A DNA stretch of 37,174 nucleotides. It comes from Octopus bimaculoides (Eukaryota). The notes under the pieces were generated by a model. That model did not search any database, was not told the DNA's origin, and saw nothing but the letters and a program-made list of their open reading frames with translations. Shown here one piece after another: positions 1-10,264 of this stretch. The stretch is from the NCBI RefSeq assembly GCF_001194135.2, contig NC_068986.1:65433547-65470720 (forward strand), given 5' to 3'. Every line of letters starts with the position of its first letter. Within the stretch, counting starts at the first letter, position 1. The translations under genes were made by a program, and so were the position numbers.

Positions 1-189
1 TATATATATATATATGAAACAGTATTACACTCGAATGCTCTCGAAAAAGTGCGTAAATGTTCCATATAATCCACCAGATCTGAGGTTTTGAAGCAAGAAA
101 TAAATTAAGAAATAAATTGATAATGTGAGTGGGAACTTCTGACCATGAACTTTTAGATGTTCGATAAACAGAATTACCACCTCCCTGAT

Positions 190-322
190 CTAACGTGTAA
201 GCGGCTGAGTATTCCACAAACAAATGAACCCTTAACTTAATCTTCAGGTAGTGTTATAACATTTGAATCGGATCCATGACCTTTTTCATTGCAAAGCCAA
301 TTTCTTAACTATTTGGCCGCAC
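190..322 (-). mobile_element. Decayed tRNA-derived SINE (head plus internally deleted body)
   Basis: The minus strand reads GTGCGGCCAAATAGTTAAG (A-box-like) then GGATCCGATTC (B-box-like), followed by GTTAAGGGTTCATTTGTTTGTGGAATACTCAGCCGCTTACACGTTA, which resembles a cephalopod SINE body as I recall it. There is no intact tRNA cloverleaf. Confidence 0.55.
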
Positions 323-360
323 GTCGTCTACACGCAAACGCTCGCCCTCTAACTATATAT

Positions 361-395
<35 letters not shown>

Positions 396-429
396 GCAGA
401 CAGATAGATATTTAGATAAATAGACAGAT
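361..429 (+). repeat. (AGAC)n/(AGAT)n compound microsatellite
   Basis: Read directly from the sequence. Confidence 0.95.
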
Positions 430-819
430 TGAATAAAACGAAAGATTTAAGAACCTATAAGGGAAGCTCTATACTTTTGTTCATGCTAGAAATAATGGTC
501 ATATCTCTCTCATTAAAATCTTAGAATAGAAAATATTAGATAATGCGATCGTAGGTGTACTTTTTCTTGGAAAAGTCAAGACAGTCACGGTTAGAACAAT
601 TTCTCATAGGAATACTCTATTATTAATACTTAACCCCACCCACGAACTGGGGCTTAGTAACAATTATATCAGTAAAATATTTCCGTGTGTCTATTATTTT
701 GTGAAGACATAAATTTCTAAAGGTTATAATATTGTTGTGATATTTAAAACAAAGTTAAATGTCTGAAGAAACACTCTATGGGAATATTATTTTAAAAAAT
801 ATTTTCTCTTGCTTTACAG

Positions 820-1730
820 GATAAACACCAATCCATTAAAATCTCAATTAATCAATTCGATCAGGGCATATGCTGAACCAGTCCTAGAACCCATTTACTA
901 CAAGCTGTTGGCATTTTTGAAAATATTAGGAAGATTGCTCTATATACTAGCAATTGCATTACAGAAAGAAAAATATAACCATCAACGTCCACTGCAGCTA
1001 CTGTCTGTGTCCTAAAGTGAAGTCAGTGCAGGAAACATTGTGCGACTGCAACCACTCGGCAAGTAGTTTTATTCTGTTAATTATTTCTTTTGGTTAATAA
1101 CAATTTGCTGTTATTACTTCCTAGTTTACCTTGATGAAACAGACCTATCATCAACAACATTTCAATGATAACCACCACAGTTTATCTTTGTGTGTTGTAT
1201 ATATGTCTACCTTATCTAATGAATCATTTTTCTTATTTAAGCTAACATGGTGTGATTTGAGGGTGATTTGCTTGCTATTTCTTGCATTAAAAATTACCAT
1301 GTAGAAGTTCTTTCATTTGGTGCTAATATCGATTTATTCCAGTTTAGTACATTGCGAATATTTACAAACAACTTCTTTGGAAGTTGTTCACTTTACCTTA
1401 GTTTTTTTTTTTTTTATTGGGTACAAAGTAATGGAAACATTGTTAAAAATAATTTCGTTACTTTCCCTCGCTAAACGATTGGAGTTCACTTGGCCAATTT
1501 GCTGTGGATGTACTAAATGAAGTCGAGCACTTTCAGCGAATTATGGACCTAAAAGATATATGAGTCCACTTATGAGTCCACTTATGAGTCCACTTTCTTT
1601 TATTCTTTTTCAGTTTTCACTCTGTGTTTGGGGCTGTGTAGGAACACTGTTATGAAGAGTTTTAGTCAAATATTTAATTCCCAGTGCTACGGGTAATATT
1701 TAGGCCTTAAAAAGACGGAACGGTTTAGTG
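820..1730 (+). pseudogene. Putative decayed polycystin-1-family (PKD1L/PKDREJ-like) fragment: GPS, TM1, PLAT and post-PLAT motifs
   Basis: Motifs occur in family order across frames: NITINVHCSY...TLCDCNHSASSFIL (CDCNH at 1041-1055, GPS-like); FLV...PPQFIFVCCIYVYLI (1118-1216, TM1-like); NYHVEV...IDLFQFSTLRIFTNNFFGSCSLYL (ORF 1268, same frame, PLAT-like); EVEHF...DI*VHL...FHSVF (1519-1629). There are many stops and deletions. The match is by eye to recalled motifs. Confidence 0.35.
1559..1594 (+). repeat. 12-bp tandem repeat, (TATGAGTCCACT)x3
   Basis: Three exact adjacent copies with no spacers. Confidence 0.95.
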
Positions 1731-1761
1731 TAGTTTATAAGTTCTGGATATAGTCAGGAGG

Positions 1762-1931
<170 letters not shown>

Positions 1932-2702
1932 NNNNNNNNNNNNNNNNNNNNNNNNNNNNNNNNNNNNNNNNNNNNNNNNNNNNNNNNNNNNNNNNNNNNN
2001 NNNNNNNNNNNNNNNNNNNNNNNNNNNNNNNNNNNNNNNNNNNNNNNNNNNNNNNNNNNNNNNNNNNNNNNNNNNNNNNNNNNNNNNNNNNNNNNNNNNN
2101 NNNNNNNNNNNNNNNNNNNNNNNNNNNNNNNNNNNNNNNNNNNNNNNNNNNNNNNNNNNNNNNNNNNNNNNNNNNNNNNNNNNNNNNNNNNNNNNNNNNN
2201 NNNNNNNNNNNNNNNNNNNNNNNNNNNNNNNNNNNNNNNNNNNNNNNNNNNNNNNNNNNNNNNNNNNNNNNNNNNNNNNNNNNNNNNNNNNNNNNNNNNN
2301 NNNNNNNNNNNNNNNNNNNNNNNNNNNNNNNNNNNNNNNNNNNNNNNNNNNNNNNNNNNNNNNNNNNNNNNNNNNNNNNNNNNNNNNNNNNNNNNNNNNN
2401 NNNNNNNNNNNNNNNNNNNNNNNNNNNNNNNNNNNNNNNNNNNNNNNNNNNNNNNNNNNNNNNNNNNNNNNNNNNNNNNNNNNNNNNNNNNNNNNNNNNN
2501 NNNNNNNNNNNNNNNNNNNNNNNNNNNNNNNNNNNNNNNNNNNNNNNNNNNNNNNNNNNNNNNNNNNNNNNNNNNNNNNNNNNNNNNNNNNNNNNNNNNN
2601 NNNNNNNNNNNNNNNNNNNNNNNNNNNNNNNNNNNNNNNNNNNNNNNNNNNNNNNNNNNNNNNNNNNNNNNNNNNNNNNNNNNNNNNNNNNNNNNNNNNN
2701 NN
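1932..2702. other. Assembly gap (N run); other gaps at 3318-3327, 3971-4486, 13162-13309, 23751-24121, 27308-27759 and 33825-33986
   Basis: Runs of N, nearly all flanked by simple repeats. Confidence 1.
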
Positions 2703-2733
<31 letters not shown>

Positions 2734-2771
2734 TGATGATGATGACGATGATGATGATGATGATGGTGATG

Positions 2772-2825
<54 letters not shown>

Positions 2826-2849
2826 ATATAATTATTATTATTATTATTA

Positions 2850-2915
<66 letters not shown>

Positions 2916-2960
2916 GTAGTAGTAGTAGTAGTAATAGTAGTAGTAGTAGTAGTAGTAGTA
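2703..2960 (+). repeat. Compound microsatellite (AAT)-(GAT)-(AAT)|(ATT)-(AGT)
   Basis: Read directly. Bases 2703-2851 are identical to 3822-3970. Confidence 0.95.
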
Positions 2961-3285
2961 TAATCATTGTTCAAAAAGTTTATGTTATGTGTCAACTTAA
3001 AAGAACTTAACACCGCTAGTTAGTAAATCCTTCGATAACAATTTTTTGCTTGTTTCCTCTCGACATTTGTCAAAATATCATATAGTAATAAACGAAGCAA
3101 ATACCAAATATGAGTTGATAAAAAATAAACAAATCATTCAAAAATATGGAATAAAATATGAAAATGCTTGAAATGTGTGAGAAATGAATGAAAGCGTAGG
3201 AAGATGGATGAAAAGAGCATGGAAATGAGAATAACAAAAAGTAAATAAATTATATACATACAAGCACATACACACATATACATAC

Positions 3286-3317
<32 letters not shown>

Positions 3318-3327
3318 NNNNNNNNNN

Positions 3328-3790
3328 TGTTTTGTCTTGGTATAAAAGATGGGCTACAGCAAATATTCTGCTTATTATCACAGATTTCGTGTTCAGTTGT
3401 TTGAACATAAGTAGTTGAGCATGTTCTTTAGTGGCTGACAATATGTGCATCTCTGATCACAAGCAGAAGTAGTCGGGGAGCATTATAGCCATGTGTTGAG
3501 AGGAATTCTTTGGAGTTTGAGTATTCCACTTTGGAAACATGAGTGTTTTGTTCATCATCCTTAAAACAAATTCAGTGACTTGAGCAGAATGGGCTATTCG
3601 ATCTGAAGAAAATTCTAACTGCAAGGTCATGCGCTGTTTATCTTGATGTTAGATCACCATGTTGCGCACATATGGTTGTGATGCACTTGCCTGGTGTACT
3701 CCTATCAGACGGGTAGTCATGATGAGTATATTGGGTTTCGCATATTTGTACATTAGTGTCACTTTGATGGCATGCACTGCTGTCTCACCC
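3328..3790 (+). mobile_element. 3' end of an (AAT)n-tailed retroposon, copy A (probable LINE 3' UTR or LINE-dependent SINE)
   Basis: Homologous to 29593-29957, with shared blocks AGAAGTAGTCGGGGAGCAT, CTGCAAGGTCATGCGCTGTTTATCTTGAT and GCACATATGGTTGTGATG. Both copies end at TCTCAC immediately before (AAT)n. Confidence 0.7.
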
Positions 3791-3852
<62 letters not shown>

Positions 3853-3890
3853 TGATGATGATGACGATGATGATGATGATGATGGTGATG

Positions 3891-3944
<54 letters not shown>

Positions 3945-3970
3945 ATATAATTATTATTATTATTATTATT
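3791..3970 (+). repeat. (AAT)n tail and compound microsatellite
   Basis: Read directly from the sequence. Confidence 0.95.
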
Positions 3971-4486
3971 NNNNNNNNNNNNNNNNNNNNNNNNNNNNNN
4001 NNNNNNNNNNNNNNNNNNNNNNNNNNNNNNNNNNNNNNNNNNNNNNNNNNNNNNNNNNNNNNNNNNNNNNNNNNNNNNNNNNNNNNNNNNNNNNNNNNNN
4101 NNNNNNNNNNNNNNNNNNNNNNNNNNNNNNNNNNNNNNNNNNNNNNNNNNNNNNNNNNNNNNNNNNNNNNNNNNNNNNNNNNNNNNNNNNNNNNNNNNNN
4201 NNNNNNNNNNNNNNNNNNNNNNNNNNNNNNNNNNNNNNNNNNNNNNNNNNNNNNNNNNNNNNNNNNNNNNNNNNNNNNNNNNNNNNNNNNNNNNNNNNNN
4301 NNNNNNNNNNNNNNNNNNNNNNNNNNNNNNNNNNNNNNNNNNNNNNNNNNNNNNNNNNNNNNNNNNNNNNNNNNNNNNNNNNNNNNNNNNNNNNNNNNNN
4401 NNNNNNNNNNNNNNNNNNNNNNNNNNNNNNNNNNNNNNNNNNNNNNNNNNNNNNNNNNNNNNNNNNNNNNNNNNNNNNNNNNNNNN

Positions 4487-4543
4487 ATATATCCATACAT
4501 ACATATATACATACATACATACACACATGCATACATACATACA

Positions 4544-4625
<82 letters not shown>

Positions 4626-4750
4626 CACACGCACATATATATATATATGTATATACATGCACACGCTAATACATATAACAGTGTGTAAAGGTGTGTGTGT
4701 CTGAATATATGTATATATATATATATATGCATGTGTGTAGTGTGTGTACA
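4487..4750 (+). repeat. (TACA)n/(TA)n/(TG)n simple-repeat cluster
   Basis: Read directly. A similar (TACA)n tract lies at 5521-5571. Confidence 0.9.
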
Positions 4751-5799
4751 TCAAAATGAGTCATACAAATAGGATACTCAATGATACAAATACGACAATG
4801 AATGATGTAAATATGAAAATAAACGGTAGAAATTTTCCCTAAAAAACAAAAAAAGGACCCAAAATCATAAAACAAAACAAAGCTTTATACAACTACAAAA
4901 ATGCACGCTACAAATAGGAGGACGACTGAAAGAAAAATGCGAAAATGAATGTTGGAAATACAGAATACACACAAAGAAAAGATAAACGTAACAAGCAAAA
5001 TCTAAATGAAACAACGAAAAGAAATGAGACAAATACGAAAATAAATTATAGAATTAGAAGAAAAATGGATGATATAAATATGGAAATGAAGGGGAAAAAT
5101 ACGGAAATGAATGAGAAACCCTTTAATTGTCAAGCTGACATTTCGACATGCATGAAAAACTTCATATTTTAAAGGGCTGAAAATAGTACAGTAATCCAGA
5201 TGACGTCTTTTTTTTCAATATATTTTGTTTCCATTTCATTATTATATCTATCAACACATCATCTATTTTGCAGCTTTTTTATGTATGTATGTATGTACGT
5301 ATGAATGTAATACGTAAACATGCACGGACATAAGTATGCATCTATGTATATGTGTGTATAGTTTGGGGGGCGCATAAGAATGACAAACGAGAGAAACAGA
5401 ACGTACATAGCAGAAATACGTAGCGTAGTTTATTCATACTTTGGATTTAGTTATAGCTTTATCCAGTCGTCCCCTCGAGCTTCCTTTCCTTATTAGAGAT
5501 GTTAGTGTGTGTGCGGGCACATACATACATACATACATACATACATACATACATACATACATACATACATACGGGCATGCATGGAAGCATGGGATCAAAT
5601 ATAGACATGTTGATATAGAGGACTATTCCTTTTCCAGAATAATGAATACTATCACCAATCATTTTTGCCATTGATACAAGCCTTGTAAAAGAAGTGGCTA
5701 TCTTCTTTGTAAAAATGCAAAGAAAAAACATCCTTTGAAAAGATTGTGGCAGTAATCAAACAGTGAAATACCTACCACGTGAAAAATTACGATACACTC

Positions 5800-8024
5800 A
5801 CCCTGGCGACAAAAGAACATGGAGCCTAGCTATCGCAGATCGCGTAACTAACGAGGAAAATTTTAGTGAACTTTCGCACAGAACCAGTCCTACGGAAAGG
5901 ACAGGGAAGATCTCTCGATAAGCTACATTAAGAAACTTAAAGATTACTGGGATACGAAGTACCCAACATTCTCAATATTTTCAGAGAAATAGTTATGCTA
6001 GCAAGCTACATTGTTGAAAAGAAATATACCACCCTACCAAACAAACTCACTCAACCGAAATGTACAAATGATAATACTCGTATTCACAACATAGTAAACT
6101 TTTTTTCCGCGAAGAGACTGCGAATGATAAGAAACACGACCAAGACGAAGATAGCAATATAAACCTGTCGCTATTACACGGACACGTGGCAACATTTATG
6201 ATCTCACAAAAACTAGTGAAGAATATAAAATATTAAAATCACAGCTTGCATCGAAGTTCAAGTAGAACTTCCCTACTCACATACATAAGATACTGTATGC
6301 GAGAAGGATACCAACAGGAGTTGGAAAAAAAAATTCACCGGCCTGATGCTATCTGCGATCGGCGAAATTGCGAGAGAACAACTATCTCAAATTCAAACTC
6401 TCAATTCTTGGACAACAAATGTTCTGCTATATCGAGACACAATAACTGTGTACCAACAGATGGGTGTAAAATAGACCGAGCTATCTAAAATGTGGCAGTC
6501 AACAATATACTGCAAATAAATTATGCTGCGCTGCCTTCGGTAGACTACCGCTAATATCTTCATCTACATTCATATATTTATGTAACATTTGTCATGTATT
6601 CCTTATAATTTATCATTCAAAATGCTACCAGAGTTTGAAAAATACATTTAATTTACTAAAATACTGGTCTAAAATGGATTACCTTCTTCCAAAATGACAA
6701 CGCAGTAATCTTTTAATGATATAACTTGACTACAAGGCGTCCGACTCTGGCCCACACTCACGTATGATAGAATCACTACATCTTGCCAAAGTACCAGTTA
6801 CATAGTGAATGCCATTGAAAGACTGACCACAATATGAGCTTATGCCAGGATGATAGTTTTTCACTAATGCTGTTTGTGTAGTGGCAGTGAACTCCTTGTC
6901 AGCCTATTAACAACCCTTTGTCATATACCCAAACTTACGTGCTAGGATTTGAAGAGAAGAATAAACTTAACGTCACTCACATATTTTTATTGACAAGCTA
7001 AAGTTAAATTCTGGTAATATGGACAACAGCAAGAAATAATAAGAATTAGTCACAACATTCTCACGAACCATATGAATGGAGTTTATGCACGGCAAACACT
7101 CATACATGATAGTCAAACGGGGAAAGTACATATACATCAATGGCTTGTCTATCTCTCCTATTTCTAATGATGCAAACTATAAGTATCTCGGAATCGATCA
7201 AAATGTTGCATATGTTGGTACTGTGATTAGAACCAGAATTACAAAACAATACTTTTGTAATTTCCAGAAAATATGGAACTTAGAGCTGTCTGCATTTAAC
7301 AATACCGTATCCCACAATTTTTTTGCAGTGCAAGTCCAGTGTCCAAATTTGGGATATTGGACTGGACGTTTGACGAGATCTGCAGCCTGGACATGAAAAC
7401 TAGAAAGGTATTAGCTACCACTGGTAACTTCCACATCAATAGTGGCACCGATAGGATCTACGTGAGACGAAGTGATGGCGGTAGAGGCATAAAGTCAGTC
7501 CAAACAGCCTTTGAATGTCGCACTGTATCACCCAGACAACACCTGCTGAACAGTAAAGAAATGATTACATTACGTGCTTACTCAAAAGTGAGAGCAACTG
7601 CATCTTCAGAGATGGGGAAGAACTACTGTGCAGGAACACTGAGAATACAACTGTCTCATGCGACCCAAAGGAAGCTGGATTGGCCTACCTAAACAGGAGC
7701 TTGAAACAGAAGCAGGCATCATACCAACAAAAACCAATGCATGGGTGCATATTCCATTAGCTGGAAGATAATAAGAGTAACCACAGGAAGAGCAGCCTCT
7801 CCTGGATCTGTGATAGATACGTTACATCCCACCTGAAAGGATATGCCTTCACTACACATGAACAGGAGATAGCTGCTAAAAAGCTGATAAACAAGAGAGA
7901 GGCAAAGATACCACCAAACCTTCACGTTGTAAAAAGATGCCGAATCTGCTATGTTAGTATGGAAGATATCGCCTACATCATCAGTAGCTGCCCCCAAATG
8001 TCTTCAAGATACTACCTGCCCCTG
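5800..8024 (+). mobile_element. Decayed R4/Dong-clade non-LTR retrotransposon: N-terminus, RT domains 3-7, thumb and CCHC knuckle; truncated before the endonuclease
   Basis: SYIKKLKDYWDTKYPTFSIFSEK (5921) and LNSWTTNVLLY (6400) are N-terminal motifs. LDYKASDSGPHS (6725) matches DYKKAFDSVPH, QDDSFSLMLF (6846) matches QGD, VTHIF-IDKLKL (about 6972) matches FxDDLK, and YKYLGI is at 7178. FGILDWT...LDMKTRK...DRIYVRRSDGGRG lies in ORF 7339 and CRIC...YIISSCPQMSSRYYLPL at 7938-8024. Stops and frameshifts occur throughout; the 5' boundary is approximate. Confidence 0.85.
6498..6659 (+). repeat. 162-bp dispersed repeat, copy 1 (interrupts the Dong element)
   Basis: Ungapped reverse-complement match to 8927-9088. 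I count 13 mismatches in 162 bp by hand; the first 51 bp are identical. Confidence 0.9.
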
Positions 8025-8391
8025 ATACTACCTGTCTCAGTTGAATATATTGCGCCAAAGAGTTAAAACGATAGCGCAATATCGATATCCGTTTTTCTCG
8101 TTCACCTTCTGAGGCATTCTCGATCTGAGGCATTCAGTTTTCTTTAACACTCGGCGTCGTGCAGTGACGTTTCTCAGGACGCTGTCGTGCAGCAAATGGC
8201 CATATTACCAAAACACATAGACTCTCCATATTTGTCATCGATAATATATATACGTAAGTTTGCACATGTGTGTGTGTATTTTTACATGCGTGTGAGTGTG
8301 TGTGCCTGTCTGTGTTAGGGGATGAAGTCGGAAATCCTGTTTCAACTGAGCCTTAATGGCAATGGTTTGTATCGTCTAATAACTAAATATG

Positions 8392-8392
8392 C

Positions 8393-8442
<50 letters not shown>
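8392..8442 (+). repeat. (TA)n(GA)n microsatellite
   Basis: Read directly from the sequence. Confidence 0.95.
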
Positions 8443-8454
<12 letters not shown>

Positions 8455-8926
8455 GGGAAAATAAATTTTGTGGGCAGAGTTTAGTTTTCGATCTATCACT
8501 GAGTATCTCTGTTATATTTATACGTTGTTGAGTTACAGTGTGTTCCAAAAAGAAACTGTATACTTTAACACTCATTAAAGTAGAAACTTGTTACACACAT
8601 ACACAAACGTATAAAATGTATGTGAATGCATACAATTCTATTTGGAGCTCATCACTGCCACGAAGTATTTCGTTAGGAACCACGAATGTTTCTTTAATAC
8701 AAACTAAACAACAGCAAGAAATCCGACCAGATGCTTTAGATCCTATGTCCTATTGTTCTGGACTATGAAACTGCTGAAATTGTCTAATCATTTAAATCGC
8801 CCTGAAGTCGATAAATTAATACGCTTGGGATAAATTCCATTGTGCCACAATATCTAAATAAATCATAAACAAATCTTTAAGTATCTTAAATAAATTAAAT
8901 TAGTTTAAATTAAATTATAAATATCA

Positions 8927-9088
8927 TTAGTAAATTAAAAGTATTTTTCAAACTCTGGTAGCATTTTGAATGATTAAGTATAAGGAACATATGACAAATG
9001 TTGCATAAATATGTGAAATTAAATGAAAATATTAGAAGTAGTCTACCGAAGGCAGCGCAGCATAATTTATTTGCAGTATATTGTTGAC
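8927..9088 (-). repeat. 162-bp dispersed repeat, copy 2 (inverted)
   Basis: Reverse complement of 6498-6659. Confidence 0.9.
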
Positions 9089-9434
9089 CAACACACATAT
9101 ATGCATGCATGCACATACATAAAAACAATACATACATACACACTCCTACTAAAATGTATGTCCCTTAAAATGTATTAACTTTACATCGGTACAATTTCTT
9201 TGAAGATGCGTTTAAGTATATAATTCAAATTTGAAAAGTCAAATGTGTAAGTTGTGAATTGCCATAAATGTTTCAAATGAAGGCACTTGACAATGCAAAC
9301 CAATAGAAATGTGAGCACAACAAATAATTTCAATTGTTATCTGGGCGCATTCGCCGTCAATAATTGCTTTCATTTCATTAATTGGCGTCAGTTTAATAAA
9401 AAATATTCATTAGCGTGTAGTCTGTTGAATGTGA

Positions 9435-9852
9435 TGTTATTTAATACTACCTTGTGAAAATCGTCTGTTCGGCAAAAAATCATCAACAGTGGCATTCACC
9501 AGACTACACGCCAATGGACATTCTTCACAAACGGTAACAATAAATGAAATTATTGATAGAGAATGCTCCCAAAGAACAACTGAAATTATTTGTGGTACTC
9601 ACAGCTCCATCGACTCGCATTGTCAACAGTCTATAGACCATAACACCATTAGTTAGATAGTTGGAACACTTAAGATAATTCTGAACTTACACATTTGCCG
9701 TTTTAATTTGAATTACATTCTTAAACACATGACGATGGTAGTATCTCAATTTTGTTACAAATAATACTCCTCTTCATCTCAAACATCTTTCGAATGTATA
9801 GTAAGACGATGTTCTACATCAAGTTCAAACAATTGGCATCAGTCACAGTGTT

Positions 9853-9940
<88 letters not shown>

Positions 9941-10264
9941 ACTCTCTTCTGTAATATGTAGATAATCAGTTTCTCAGAAGCTGCAACTCAGAGGTTTCTT
10001 AGAGATGTTAAATGGATTAAATTCTTGATGTACCTCTCAGTTGTTACAACAATGGCTTTCTTTGCTCATGCCTGCTACAAGTATAGAAGAGGATCGGAAC
10101 TCGGCATGAATATCTAACGAAACATTTGTAGAATATACAATATTTCGTTGCTTACATTAGAGAGTAATAGCATTTTGGGAATATTCATTGCATGTACAGC
10201 AATGACTGTCTTGACTCGAGTCGTATGTATTTATCAAGATATTAACTTTATCTGTTGTCAGTAG
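9435..10264 (+). pseudogene. Putative decayed polycystin cation-channel domain (TOP plus S1-S6-like)
   Basis: Frame 9435-9656 gives ENRLFG...RLHANGHSS...EIIDREC...IDHNT (TOP-like). One frame from 9725 to 10264, with only two internal stops, gives ILLQIILLFIS; YIKFKQLASVTVLFS; the (CT)n tract; SFSEAA; WIKFLMYLS..TTMA; FFAHACY...GSEL; ICRI; LESNSILGIF; CIYQD. This order matches recalled PKD2-family motifs, with deletions. Confidence 0.5.
9855..9936 (+). repeat. (TC)n microsatellite
   Basis: Read directly from the sequence. Confidence 0.98.

Noticed and set aside
1559-1594. 12-bp repeat array as a CRISPR-like or iteron structure
   Set aside because: There are no spacers, only three copies and a eukaryotic context. 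It is a local slippage duplication.
8150-8190. Active hammerhead ribozyme
   Set aside because: Stem II and NGA are missing and the cleavage triplet is GCC. Other CTGATGA-like hits (e.g. 16687) have no matching GAAA or stems.
6498-9088. Composite DNA transposon bounded by 162-bp TIRs
   Set aside because: There is no TSD, and the Dong sequence continues on both sides of the left repeat.
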